From positions 1-56,000 of the forward strand of contig NW_027598053.1 in the NCBI RefSeq assembly GCF_964194155.1: DNA of 56,000 bases, read 5' to 3'. The number at the start of each line of letters is the position of its first letter. Position 1 is the stretch's first letter. Made by a program: the position numbers and the translations under genes. Below are positions 10,110 to 21,564 of the stretch, piece by piece. The notes under the pieces were generated by a model. It had not been told where the DNA came from. It ran no database searches and was given only the letters and a program-made list of their open reading frames with translations. This stretch comes from Cetorhinus maximus. Its lineage: Eukaryota.

Positions 10110-11580
10110 ACAGAACAATAGAATCCAACCAATACAGTCAGATGTGAACTTATTGGTGTGTCAGAAGGTTGAATGATCGAGTGAATCCCTTCCCAGATTC
10201 AGTGCAGGTGAATGGTTTCTCTCCATTGGTATTTCATCTGATCTTTAGAGCTTTGAAAACTCTTCAGACAGTGAGAACAATTAAAAGGTCTCTTATCAGA
10301 GTGAACAACTTGATGGGCAGTGAGATTGGACACACAAGTGAATCAGGATCGGATGTGTCAATAAATTTCAGTTATGGAGCAGCTCTATTAAGAGAAAGGC
10401 AGGACAAACTTAAAGACGAAATGTAAAGTTCAGGCAGTGATTTACAGAACAACATGAGCTCTATACTTCTCTTGTCATATCTAGACAGCAGAGCACACTT
10501 CTTTCCTTGGAGCTTCCAGTTTTCTTGTGGAGTTTCCAGCTTTTGTGTTTCTTTCTCTTCTTTCCTTTGTTCTTTTCTCCACTGTACCAAATCCCTCAGG
10601 TGGACTGTTCTTAGTTGGAAACCCCCCCGCCAACTGGCTCCCCTGAGACCACCAATCAGAACTGTCCATGGACATTTCACTATTCAATCATGTGGCTCTT
10701 GTCCAATCACAGGTGTGTTCATGTGAACAGCATTCGCCTGTTGATGAAAGCACACATATTCCTCTATGATTACATAGAACTCCTGCACTTCCACCATTTC
10801 ACAGTTCTAAACTCAGACAAGCCGGTTCAAAGCATGACATCACCTCCAGAGATTCTACCCTACAGATCAACACACAGGCAAAGAAAGAACACAACTCCTG
10901 CAGACTATATTAATACACAGTCAAAGAAAGAACAGAATTCTCACAGACTGTATCCGGAGAATGGATGACTGAGTGAATCTCTTCCCACACACGGAGTAAG
11001 TTTTACGGTTTCTCCTCACTGTGAATGTGCTGGTGTTTCTGGAAGCTGGATGATTCAGTGAATCCCTTCCCACACACAGTGCAGGTGAATGGCCTCTCCC
11101 TAGTGTGACTGTGCCAATGAGTTCCCAGCCGGGATAGAGAACTGAATCCCTTCCCACAGTCCCCACATTTCCACGGTTTCTCCCTGTTGCTTAATCCTTG
11201 CTGACAATTCTTACTGATTTACACACTCTTCAAAGTGAAGCCTCCATTATGAAATTAAATTATCAAACAACAGGAATCAAAGCAGTGAAATATTTTACAG
11301 GCACATCAATAAAAGCTTAATCAATCAACATTGATACTGATGAAGTTTGGAAGTCGCTGAGTTCAACCATTTCTCACACAGCAGCAGTAACATTTGGTAA
11401 AGGGGAATCCACAATAAAGGCTGGTTTGAGACCTACTCAGCAGAGATGACATCTATCATTGAAGCAAAAAGCAAAGCCGACCTGATGCATAACATAAACC
11501 CAACAGCTAAGTACTGTGTGCAGTACCCTGTTGCTAGTGTCCATGTGTCTCTCCAGGTTGGACGATCAGTTAAGCCTTAC
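10110..11580 (-). pseudogene. Decayed ZNF gene interrupted by two insertions
   Basis: Finger-coding DNA at 10140-10345 and 10950-11191, leader at 11526-11580 ([20 protein letters not shown]); insertions at about 10345-10945 and 11192-11525. Confidence 0.8.
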
Positions 11581-11581
11581 A

Positions 11582-12130
11582 CAGGATTATATAGGATATA
11601 CAGCACAGAAAGAAGCCATTCAGCCCAACCAGTGCATGTTGGTGTTTATGTTCCACTCAAGCCACCTCTCATCTTTCCACTTCTAAATCTACCATCATGA
11701 GCTAATATTTCCTTCAGCCACATATGTTTGTCTAGCCTCCCCATGAATACATCTATACTATTCACTTCACCCACTTCCTGTGGTCTTGAGTTCCACATTC
11801 TCACCACTCTCTGGGCGAAGAAGTTTCTTCTGAATTCCCTACTGGATTTCTCGGTGACTATCTTATATTGATGGTCTCTAGTTTTGCTCTTCCCCACAAG
11901 AGGAAACATTCTCTCTGTTTCCTCTCCATTAAAACTTTCATCATTTTAAAGTCCTAAATTAGTTCAGCTTCAGACATCTTTTTTCAAGAGAAAAGAGATC
12001 CAGTCTGTTCATCCTCTCCTGATATGTAAACCCATGCATTTCTGATATCATTCTTATCAATTTTCTCTGCACCCTCTCCAGTGTCTCTATATCCTTTCTA
12101 TAATTTGGTGACCAGAACTGCACACAGTAC
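11582..12130 (-). mobile_element. CR1 LINE 3' fragment
   Basis: YCVQFWSPNYRKDIETLERVQRK and FFAQRVVRMWNS peptides. Confidence 0.85.
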
Positions 12131-12164
12131 TTGGCTGTTGGGTTTATTTTGTGTGTCAAAAGGA

Positions 12165-13785
12165 GATCTTCCCTCCACAGTTTCCAACCTCATAGTCTCC
12201 CAACCTCCCATAACTCTTTCTCCGGTACATCGATGACTGCTTCGGTGCTGCTTCATGCTGTCACCTTGACCTGGAAAAATGTATTAATTTTGCTTCCAAT
12301 TTCCACCCCTCCAACACTTTCACATGGTCTATCACTGACACTTCCCTTTCCTTCTTTGAACTCTCTGTCTCAATTTCTGGTGATAGACTGTCCACCAATA
12401 TTCATGACAAGCCCACCGACTCCCACAGCTACCTCGACTACAGCTTCTCACACTCTGCTTCCTGTTAGGACTCCATCCCATTCTCTCAGTTCCTTCGCCT
12501 CCGTCGCATAGTTCCGATGATGCCACTTTCCAAAACAGTTCTTCTGACATGTCTTCCTTCTTCCTTAACTGAGGTTTTCCACCCACGGTGGTTGACAGGG
12601 CCCTCAACCGTGTCCAACCCATCTCCTGCGCATCTGCCCACACACCTTCCTCTCCCTCCCAGAACCATGATAGGGTCCCCCTTGTCCTCACTTATCATCC
12701 CACCAGCCTCCGTATTCAAAGGACCATCCTCCGCCATTTCCGCCAGCTCTAGCATGATGCCACAACCAAACACATCTTCCCTTCACCCCCCCGTCGGCAT
12801 TCTGTAGGGACCATTCCCTCCGGGACACCCTGGTCCACTCCTCCATCACCCCCTACACCTCAACCCCCCCCACCCCATGCAACCGCAGATGGTACAGCAC
12901 CTGCCCCTATACTTCCCCCCTCCTCACCGTCCAAGGGCCCAAACACTCCTTTCAAGTGAAGCAGCATTTCACTTGCACTTCCATCAATTTAGTCTACTGC
13001 ATTTGCTGCTCCCAATGTGGTCTCCTCTACATTGGAGAGACCAAACGCAGACTGGGTAACCGCTTTTTGGAACACCTTTGGTCTGTCCGCAAGCATGACC
13101 CAGATCTGCCTGTTGCTTGCCATTTCAACACCCCATCCTACTCTCATGCTCACATGACCGTTCTTGGCCTGCTGCAATGTTCCAGTGAAGCTCAACGGAA
13201 ACTGGAGGAACAGCACCTCATCTTCCAATTAGGCACTTTTCAGCCTTCTGGACTTAACAATGAGTTCAACAACTTCAAGTCATGAACTCTCTCCTCCATC
13301 CTCACCCCCTCTTTTATCCCCCTTTTTAAATTTAATTTTATTTTTATATATATATTTCTTTTCCCACTGATTTCTATTGTTATTTTTGAAATTTATTTAT
13401 ATTCATTGTTTATTCCCCACCTTTAAGCCTATTTCGATCCCCTCCCCCACACCTCGTCCCCACTAGGGCCATCTGTCACTGCTCATCCTGCTTTCCACCC
13501 TTAATGTCACCATTAGCACATCCTTTAGCTCATATCACCATCGTCAACACCCCTTTGACCTTTTATTTATGACATCTTTTGCAGTCTCTCCTTTGCCTCC
13601 ACCGATCACTGGCCCTCTATCCAGCTTCACCTGTCCCACCCCCTTTAACCGCTTATATTTCATTACATTTCTATTTCTCTTTAGTTCTGATGAAGAGTCA
13701 TATGGACTCGAAATGTTAACTAGTCTTTCTCTCCACAGATGCTTTCAGACCTGCTGAGTTTTTCCAGCAATTTTTGCTTTTGTTC
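12165..13785 (+). mobile_element. Penelope-like element, 5'-truncated: RT remnant, GIY-YIG endonuclease and tail
   Basis: FLRYIDDC-type RT motif near 12218 (ctccggtacatcgatgactgc); ORF 12956-13285 with NLVYCICC..CGLLYIGET..RL..RF.EH (GIY-YIG); tail carries a hammerhead motif. Confidence 0.85.
13682..13722 (+). ncRNA. Minimal hammerhead-ribozyme motif in Penelope-like tail
   Basis: TAGTT-CTGATGA-A-GAGTC-atatg-GACTC-GAAA-TGT-T-AACTA: canonical core, 5-bp stems I and II; stem III palindrome ACGT changed to ATGT. Confidence 0.6.
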
Positions 13786-13824
13786 CTGGGTAACCACACC
13801 TTCAATTGTCTGTCTCTGGACACC

Positions 13825-14022
13825 ACTCGCAATGCGCATGCGCACCGATATAGATGGAGCAGCCGTATTGAACATGCTCCAGCTCACAATGCCCATGTAA
13901 TTGATGGCAGCTGTAGGCCAGTAGAAGGAAGGAGTGGGATGGAGGACCGAATGGGAGCAGCAGGTCCCCCATCCAATCGGAGTGAGTGAGGGCCGTGGCT
14001 GAGCACAGATCTCCCTCATTTG
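13825..14022. promoter_or_regulatory. ZNF promoter module copy split by a CR1 insertion (continues 14903-15015)
   Basis: NRF1 palindrome tgcgcatgcgca near 13833; 13870-14022 plus 14903-15015 match the reverse complement of 50870-51140. Confidence 0.6.
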
Positions 14023-14024
14023 TT

Positions 14025-14900
14025 GAACATAGTCACATAGAGTTATACAGTACAGAAACAGGCCCTTTGGCCTATTGGGACTGTGCCGGCCATCAAGCAC
14101 CTGTCTATTCTAAACCCATATTCCACCACCTGGCCCGTAGCCCTGTACGCTATGGCTTTTCAAGTGCTCATCTAAATACTTTTAAAATGTTGTGAGGGTT
14201 CCTGCCTCTACCAACCCCTCAGGCAGCGTGTTCCAGATTCCTACCACCCTCTGGGTGAAATTTTGTTTCCTCAAATCCCCTCTAAACCTCCTGCCCCTTA
14301 CCTTAATTCCATGCCCCCTATTATTGACACCTCCGCTAATAATGCCCATCATAATTTTGTAAGCCACTAATATGTTCCCTCTCTGCCTTTTCTGCTCTAA
14401 GGGAAACAACCCTCGCCTATCCAATCTCTCTTTATAGTTGAAACGGTCCAGCCCAGGCAACATCCTGGTGAATCTGCCCTGCACCCTCTCCAGTCCAATC
14501 ACATCCTTCCTATAGTGTGGCGACCAGAACTGCACACAGTACTCCAGCTGTGGCCTAACTAGCGTTTTATACACATCCAACATAACCTCTCTGCTCTTAT
14601 ATTCTACGCCTCAGCTAATAAAGGCAAATATCCCATATGCCTTCTTAACCACTTTATCTCCCTGTGCTGCTGCTTTCAGGGGTCTATGGACATGTACACC
14701 AAGGTCACTCTGATCCTCTGTACTTCCTAGGGTCCTACCATTCATTATGTATTCCCTAACCGTGTTAGTCCTCTCAACATGCATCACCTCACATTTCTCA
14801 GGGTTAAATTCCAGCCCGTCTATATCATCCTGTAATCTAAGGCTTTCCTCCTCACTGTTTACAACACCACCAATTTTTATGTCATCTGTGAACTTACTGG
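14025..14900 (-). mobile_element. CR1 LINE 3' fragment (RT C-terminus)
   Basis: SKFTDDIKIGG, YKTLVRPQLEYCVQFWSPHYRKD and FTQRVVGIWNTLP peptides. Confidence 0.9.
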
Positions 14901-15254
14901 CCACTGAAACTCTGCATCATTTTGAAAGTTGATTTTGTCTCAAACTCCACAAGAAAACTTGATGAAACCCTTTGGGTGTGGAGCAAACATTTCAGCAATT
15001 GTTACTGAAATGGATTTATTCACAAGGAATGCAATAAATGTACTTAATTAGAGAACCATAAATAATATGTACCATTTAACAACACTAGATATACCTCTGC
15101 CCTATATTAATTTATTGGCCCCTGGGTAACCGCCCATTTAATTGTGAATATTAAGAAAGAGGCCATCCTTTGTCAGACAAATAAATGTGTCAAGCTGGGA
15201 AAGCAAAAGATGTCAATGTTTTTAAGAGGGAGAGAGACCTGGGCCAAACTTTCC

Positions 15255-15930
15255 ATGGAGCTTTTTTGTCACTAAGATTGAGACAATCCGATCAGCTGCC
15301 TCTGCTGTGTCCCTCCCTTCCATTGACTCGCTGGGCCAAACCGCTTCTAAAGAGCTCCCTTGCTGCAGCCCTGAGTCTGCTTTTTTCTTTAGCTTCTCTC
15401 CAATCTTCCCTCATGCTTCTCAGAACTTATCTTTTCCATAAAACCCACCTCCTCCATTCCTATTCCAATTGATCACCCAACCTTCCCATGTTCGCTGATA
15501 TTGTTAACAGCTCTCTCTCTTCAGGTACTGTCCTTTCCTTTAAATCTGCCATAACTACTTATCCTCAAGAAAACAAGCACTTGACCGCAATGTTCTTGCC
15601 AACTACCACCCAATCTCTAATCACCCTTTCCTCGCCAAAGTCCTTGTCACCTCCCAAATCCAAGCACATTTTCCCAGAACTCCATGTTTGTATCCCTTCA
15701 ATGAGATTTCTGTAACTGCCACAACATTGAAACAGCTCTTATTTAAGTCACAAATTACAGCCTATGTGAATATGGCAGAGGTAAATTCTGCTGCAATTTC
15801 CTTCTCATCCTGTCTGCAGTCTTTGACACTGTTAACCAAACCATTCTCTTTGAATGCCTCTGCACTGTTGATTCCTTTCTCTTGATTCTTTTCTTATCTA
15901 TCTCATTGTAGCTAGAGAATAATCTGTAGC
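15255..15930 (+). mobile_element. L2-type LINE fragment, decayed
   Basis: Aligns by eye with 7760-8550 and with the reverse complement of 31500-32165. Confidence 0.6.
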
Positions 15931-16519
15931 AGCTGTGATTATTTTCTTTACGTTTTTACAAACTGACTCTGTTGGTAAGTGATCAGGTGTCACTGAACTA
16001 TGATATTAAAATGTTCCTTTATCCCTCTAAATGCGATTGTATCTTGCAAGCCAAGTCCTTTTAACTACAGTAGCCCTTCTGGATTCGATCAACAGAGAAG
16101 AGTGAAGGCATCACCATCCACAGCCCAAGCTGGTAGTCGTAAAAACATTTGATAATTCCCATCAAATGCAAAACATAGCAGAAGAATTATGTATTGGTCT
16201 GTTACAGATTTATGAAATGGATTCATTGCAAAGATTGGCCAACAGATCCATTGTCGTAGGGTTTGGATGGTAGGAGATGGGCCTTGGTCTTTCTTAGTTG
16301 CAATCTCTATATCAGCATAACCTTGTCTTCGTTTCCTCAGATTCAGACAAAAATTAAGTCAGTTCCAATGAAGAGTCATAGTGGGTTTGAAACATTATCT
16401 CTTGTTTCTCTCTCCACAGATGCTGCCAGAGTTGCTGAGTTTTTCCAGTATTTTCTGTTTTTATTTCAGATTTCCAACATCTGCAGTATTTTGCTTTTAT
16501 TTTAATGATCAACGGACTC

Positions 16520-17600
16520 TGGGTCTCTAATGGCATCCGTATTACCCACAGTCCCAAACATCTCAGAAACCGCTCTATCTGCCGCAGGTTGGCCGGGTGA
16601 ATTGTGCATGCTCGGAGGGTCCTGGTCTCTTTGTTTGAGGTTGTTCACAGAATCACACAGTGCAGAAGAGGCCCTTCGGCTCTTCAAGTCTGCACCAACA
16701 CGTGAGAAACACCTGACCTACCTACCTAATCCTATTTACCAGCACTTGGCCCATAGCCTTGAATGTTATGATGTGCCAAGTGCTCATCCAGGTACTTTTT
16801 AAAGGATGTGAGGCAACCCTCCTTCAACACCCTCTCCCAGGCAGCGCATTCTCCACCCTCTGGGTAAAAAAGTTTTTTCTTCACATCCGCCCTAAACCTC
16901 CTGCCCCTCACCTTGAATTTGTGTTCCCTTGTGACTGACCCTTCAACTAAGGGGAACAGCTGCTCCCTATCCACCCTGTCCGTGCCCCTCACAACCTTGT
17001 AAACCTCGATCAGGTCACCCCTCAGTCTTCTCTGCTCCAAGGAAAACAACCCAAGTCTATCCAACCTCTCACCATAACTTAAATGTTAATAAAGGCAAGT
17101 ATCCCATATGCCTTCTTAACCACCTTATCTACCTGTCCGGCGGATAGTGAGAGTGGAGAATGTTCATTGTTTAATATTCGGATCTGGGGCCGCACTCGGG
17201 ATTTGTAAACCCCGCCCCCCTGCCCGGGGTTTATTAACCCGCTCCCAACAGTGACCTCTCACCTGACAGCTCACAATGCCCAGCTGATTGACAGCGGTTC
17301 CGAGCCAATAGGAAGAGAGAGGCGGGACTAGAGGACGGAGCGGGTGCGGTATGCCCTCCAACCAATTGGACTGATGGAGGGGCGGGGTTAGGCCGCGACT
17401 GAAGCATGCGCAGTACTAGAACCCGAGCTGGAAGAAGGAGCGGTCGACTTGAGATCACAAAGGGTGAGAAATGAATCCAGCGGCTGGAGATTGTGAACCG
17501 GGGAGGGGGAGCCTGGAAACCACGCGCGAGCTCGGAGGGCGGGTGGAGATTGTGAACCGGGGGGAGCCTGGACACCGCGCGCGAGCTTGGAGGGCGGGGA
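16520..17600. promoter_or_regulatory. CpG promoter module, probably driving gene C; left arm interrupted by CR1
   Basis: 16525-16646 plus 17138-17235 match 8985-9220; TGATTGACAG at 17285, CCAAT at 17305, GC boxes, gcatgcgca near 17404. Confidence 0.65.
16647..17137 (-). mobile_element. CR1 LINE 3' fragment inserted in promoter module
   Basis: DRLGLFSLEQRRLRGDLIEVYKVVRG peptide; absent from the paralogous 9105-9130 site. Confidence 0.85.
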
Positions 17601-17603
17601 GAC
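17486..17603 (+). repeat. GC-rich tandem repeat, ~55-59 bp x2
   Basis: ggagattgtgaaccgggg...gcctgga.acc.cgcgcgagct.ggagggcggg units starting at 17486 and 17545. Confidence 0.85.
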
Positions 17604-17942
17604 GGTGCCCCAGTGGTAATGCCACTGGGCTGGGGACATGGGTTCAAGTCCCAACATCGGACTATGGGTTATTGTCCCTGTGAGTGCAGCACAGTTTTAC
17701 CTGAATGATACCTGGACTCCAAGAGTCGGTTAATAATTTATAAAACTATCAATTATCGTAAAACCCATCTGGTTCACTAATGTCCCTTTAGGGAAGGAAA
17801 TCTGCCGTCCTTACCAAGTCCGGCCTACATGTGACTCCAGCCCCACAGTGATGTGGTTCACTCTGAAACGGCCCAGCAAGCCACACAGCTCCAGGGCCAT
17901 TAGGGATGGACAATGCACACATCCCATCATAGAATAAAAAAA
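17600..17942 (+). mobile_element. tRNA-derived SINE, degenerate
   Basis: A-box cagtggtaatg, B-box ggttcaagtccc, body ccatctggttcactaatgtccctttagggaagg; tail resembles the 3' end of the LINE at 28265-29500 and ends A-rich. Confidence 0.65.
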
Positions 17943-18229
17943 CACATGGTGTGTGCGGGACTGGAAACCCTGGTAAGAGGTTTGGCTTATGCAGGCAACT
18001 GCCTATTGTCATCTTGAGAGGGGAAGGTGGAGTGAATGGGTAGTGATATTGGTGAGGGAATTGTCATTTGTGGCAGAAAACTCCAAACTTGTCAAGCTTT
18101 GTGTCAACAATTGTTTCCTCATTTCACTGTGAAAGACATGGCTACAATTTTTAGGCCATGCTCGTCCTCACTTCCCCAGATTCAGACAAAGATTCAGTCA
18201 GTTCCAAAGAAGAGTCATAGTCCTAGACT

Positions 18230-19010
18230 CTGGGGGCATATTGTAAACATGAGAGCCAGACCTTTTAGGACTGAAGTCAGCAAACACTTCTACACACAAA
18301 GGGAGGTAGAAGTGATGAACTCTGTTCCACAAACAGCAGTTGATGTGAGACTAATGTTAAATCTGACATTGAACGATCTTTGTTAACCAAAGGTATTAAT
18401 GGATGTGGGGCAAAGCAGGTGTATAGAATTAGACCACAGATAAGCCATGATCTCATTTCACAGTGGAACAGACACAAGGGCTAAATTCCTAGAATCATAG
18501 AAACTTACAGCATAGAAAAAGGCCATTCAACCCTTTGTGCTTGTGCTGGCTCTTTGAAAGAGCAGTCATGTTTAGACCCACATACACACACTTTCTGTTT
18601 GTAACCCTTTAAGTTCCTCATTCTCAAAAACCTGTCAACTTCCTTTTAAAACTCCTTATAGAGTCAGGTTCCACAACCTTTTCAGGTAGAGAGTTTCAAT
18701 CCTGACAACTCTCTTGATGTTGAGTTTGGAAGGTTGTAAAGTGCCAGATCGAAAGATGAGCTGCTGTTCCTCGAGCTCCCATTAAGTTTCATTGGAACAG
18801 TTCAGGAGGCTGAGGACAGAGAGGTCAGAGTGGGAGTGGGGTGGAGAATTAAAATGACAAGTGACTGGAAGCTCAGGGTCAAGCTGACAGACTGTTCCAC
18901 AAAGTGATCACCCAATCTGTGTTTGATCTTCCCAATGTAGAGCAGACCACATGATGAGTACTGAATACAGTAACTAAATTGAAAATAATTACAAGTAAAT
19001 CACTGTTTGT
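18230..19010. mobile_element. Mosaic of CR1 tails (18230-18490 +, 18490-18715 -) and Penelope endonuclease fragment (18720-19010 -)
   Basis: HFYTQREVEVMNSVPQ peptide; minus strand LEEQQLIFRSGTLQPS homologous to the Penelope ORF end. Confidence 0.6.
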
Positions 19011-19019
19011 TGTAGGCTG

Positions 19020-19285
19020 AAGAAACATACTTTATTTGACAAAGTAAAACAAGCCGATTTCCAGAATATTGAATATCTAGTCCAGTTACAGAGCTTATTA
19101 ACATCAGTAGAAACAAACCCAAACTATCAGAATGAACATGGTTCAGTCCTGGATGTGATTAACAGCAGAATCCAACCCCTGGAGTCTCTGCTGAACTTGC
19201 TGGTGTGTCAGCCGGTTGGATGATGGATTAAACCCCTTCTCACACATGGAGCAGGTGTCTGGTCTCTCCCCAGTGTGAACTCACT
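19020..19285 (-). pseudogene. ZNF remnant: last finger plus family 3' UTR
   Basis: Minus strand cacactggggagagacc...acctgctccatgtgtgagaagggg...ctgacacaccagcaagttc, then the UTR motif. Confidence 0.75.
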
Positions 19286-19788
19286 GCTGTGTGTCTTAGA
19301 GCTGATGGTTTTTCCCCATGCACCAGCTGCTCTTGTCTTTCCAGGTGGTGGGGCTCATGAGTTTGGGAAATTGTATCAAAATTCTGGGTTGAGTTGCAGG
19401 GCTATGAAATCCTTCTCCTTTTCCCCTCCTCCACCTCTCACTCTCTCTTCTCCCTTTGAGGCCAGAGTCTTTTGTAGCCCAGACTGGGAGGCAGGTTCCT
19501 TTCCCTGAAGGACATTAGTGAACCAGTTGGGTTTTTATGACAATCCAACAGTTTTCGTGGTCACTTTTTCCTAGTGCCGACCCCACAAATTACGGGATTC
19601 GTTCAGCTCAATTTCACAACCTATCTTTGTGTTTTTGTGAATTCTCTTTCATATTTTTTGTTTCTGTTTTGAATTCACTTTACAAGCTACTAGAAGGATT
19701 TGCAGTCGGGAAAGTCAAACCAAAATCACATCCAAATCTGCCAGAGTGGCTTGATTCATCAGGACCTGAATATGATTATCCTTTGAAC

Positions 19789-20826
19789 ATGGAAGCAAAA
19801 AGCACCGTTCACACCAGAGAGAAACCGTGGAAATGTGGGGACTGTGGGAAGGGATTCAGATCCCCATCCAATCTGGAAACCCATCGACGCAGTCACACCG
19901 GGGAGAGGCCGTTCATCTGCTCCGTGTGTGGGAAGGGATTCACTTAGTTAATCTGCCTTCAGAGACACCAGCGACTTCACACTGGGGAGAGGCCATTCAC
20001 CTGCTCCGTGTGTGGAAAAGGATTTACTCGCTCATCCCACCTGCTGGAACACCAGCAAGTTCACACTGACAAGAGAGATTTTAAATGCCCCAACTGTGAA
20101 AAGAGCTTTAAAAACCCACATGGACTGAGGGAGCACCAGCGCATTCACACTGCGCATGCACCATTCAGCTGCTCACAGTGTGGGAAGAGGCTCAGGACAT
20201 CATCCCGCCTTCTGAAACACCAGCGAGTTCACACTGACGAGAGACCGTTTAAATGTCCAGACTGTGGGAAGTGCTTCAAAAGTTCTGGGCATCAACAATG
20301 TCATCAACGTATTCACACTGATGAGAGACCGTTCAGGTGTTCTCACTGCGGGACTGGGTTCAGGCAACCATCTCATCTCACTGCACACCAGCGCATTCAC
20401 ACTAGGGAGAGACCGTTCACCTGCTCTGAGTGTGGGAAGAAATTCACTCAGAAACCCCACCTGCTGAGACACCAGCGAGTTCACACTGACGAGAGGCCGT
20501 TTAAATGTCCAGACTGTGGGAAGTGCTTTAAAAGTTCTGGGGATCTGCAATACCACCAACGTATTCACACTGATGAGAAACCATTCAGATGCTCTCACTG
20601 TGGGACTGGGTTCAGGCAATCATTTCACCTCACTGCACACCAGCGCACCCACACTGGGGAAAGGCCGTTCACCTGCTCCGAGTGTGGGAAGGGGTTCGCT
20701 CAATCATCCAACCTGCTGACACACCAGCAAGTTCACACTGGGGAGAAGTCATTCACCTGCTCCAAGTGTGGGAAGGGATTCACTCGCTTATCCTACCTGG
20801 TGACACACCAGAGAGTTCACAAGTGA
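19789..20826 (+). pseudogene. C2H2 zinc-finger gene C, 12 fingers, single in-frame TAG at 19945-19947
   Basis: [16 protein letters not shown] start; ORFs 19537-19947 and 20008-20826 share a frame (GKGFT*LICLQRH); all zinc ligands otherwise intact. Confidence 0.8.
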
Positions 20827-21564
20827 TTACAGGGGTTGGATTCTGCTGTTATTGCTGCTGTTAATCACATCCTGGACTGAATCATGTTCATTCTGACAGT
20901 TGGGGTTGATCTCTAATGTTAGTTGCCCAGTTTAGACTTAGCGTGCACCCGCACCATCTCTCAATTATGTGTGAATAGACCATCATGTCTGCAAACCTCG
21001 TTTTCAATGTAAATCACTCAGAAACTGCCTTGAACGAAAGATGAACAATAAAGAGATCACAGTGCAATCCTGCAGCTCTATATTGATGGGAGAAAGTCTG
21101 TTCTGTAACTCGAGGATGAAGCTTGGTAAGTTCTGAATGTTTTTAATTACAAGTAGGCTCGAGCTATTTGAGAGACGGGCTGTTCAAAGCTGTTAACTTG
21201 TCAAATATTGAAGGAATTACTCTGAAAATAAACTCAACCAATTGATAACCTCAGCCTCTGCTCCCTGCTGTAATTAATACTCAGCATCCATTCGTGCTGA
21301 TTTACAGTGAATCACTGAATATCCTGTGGAGTCTTTGTTCCTTGTTTTATGAAATAGCTCTCCCCATTAGTGCTGAACTGCTGGATAACTCTGATTACAT
21401 TTCGACATGTCTAGAAAGGTCTGTGTGCCCACATTTCACTGTGATTTGTAAACAATAAACAATGTTCATGGCCTGACTTGTAGTCTGGTATCCGGGTGAT
21501 TTGTGAAGAAAGATTTAATTCACTCACTCAGCAGCTTGAGGGGAACCAGACTGAGACTGAATGA

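Noticed and set aside
16361-16400. Further hammerhead copies (16361, 18200, 30625, 43408)
   Set aside because: Core nucleotides are destroyed; counted only as decayed tail copies.
17600-17660. tRNA genes at A/B-box sites (also 90-158, 23055-23115)
   Set aside because: No cloverleaf; each continues into a SINE body.
20917-21530. Possible solo LTRs (also 27060-27602, 48200-48500, 54900-55760)
   Set aside because: Only compositional hints; no paired ends, TSD or PBS could be confirmed by eye.
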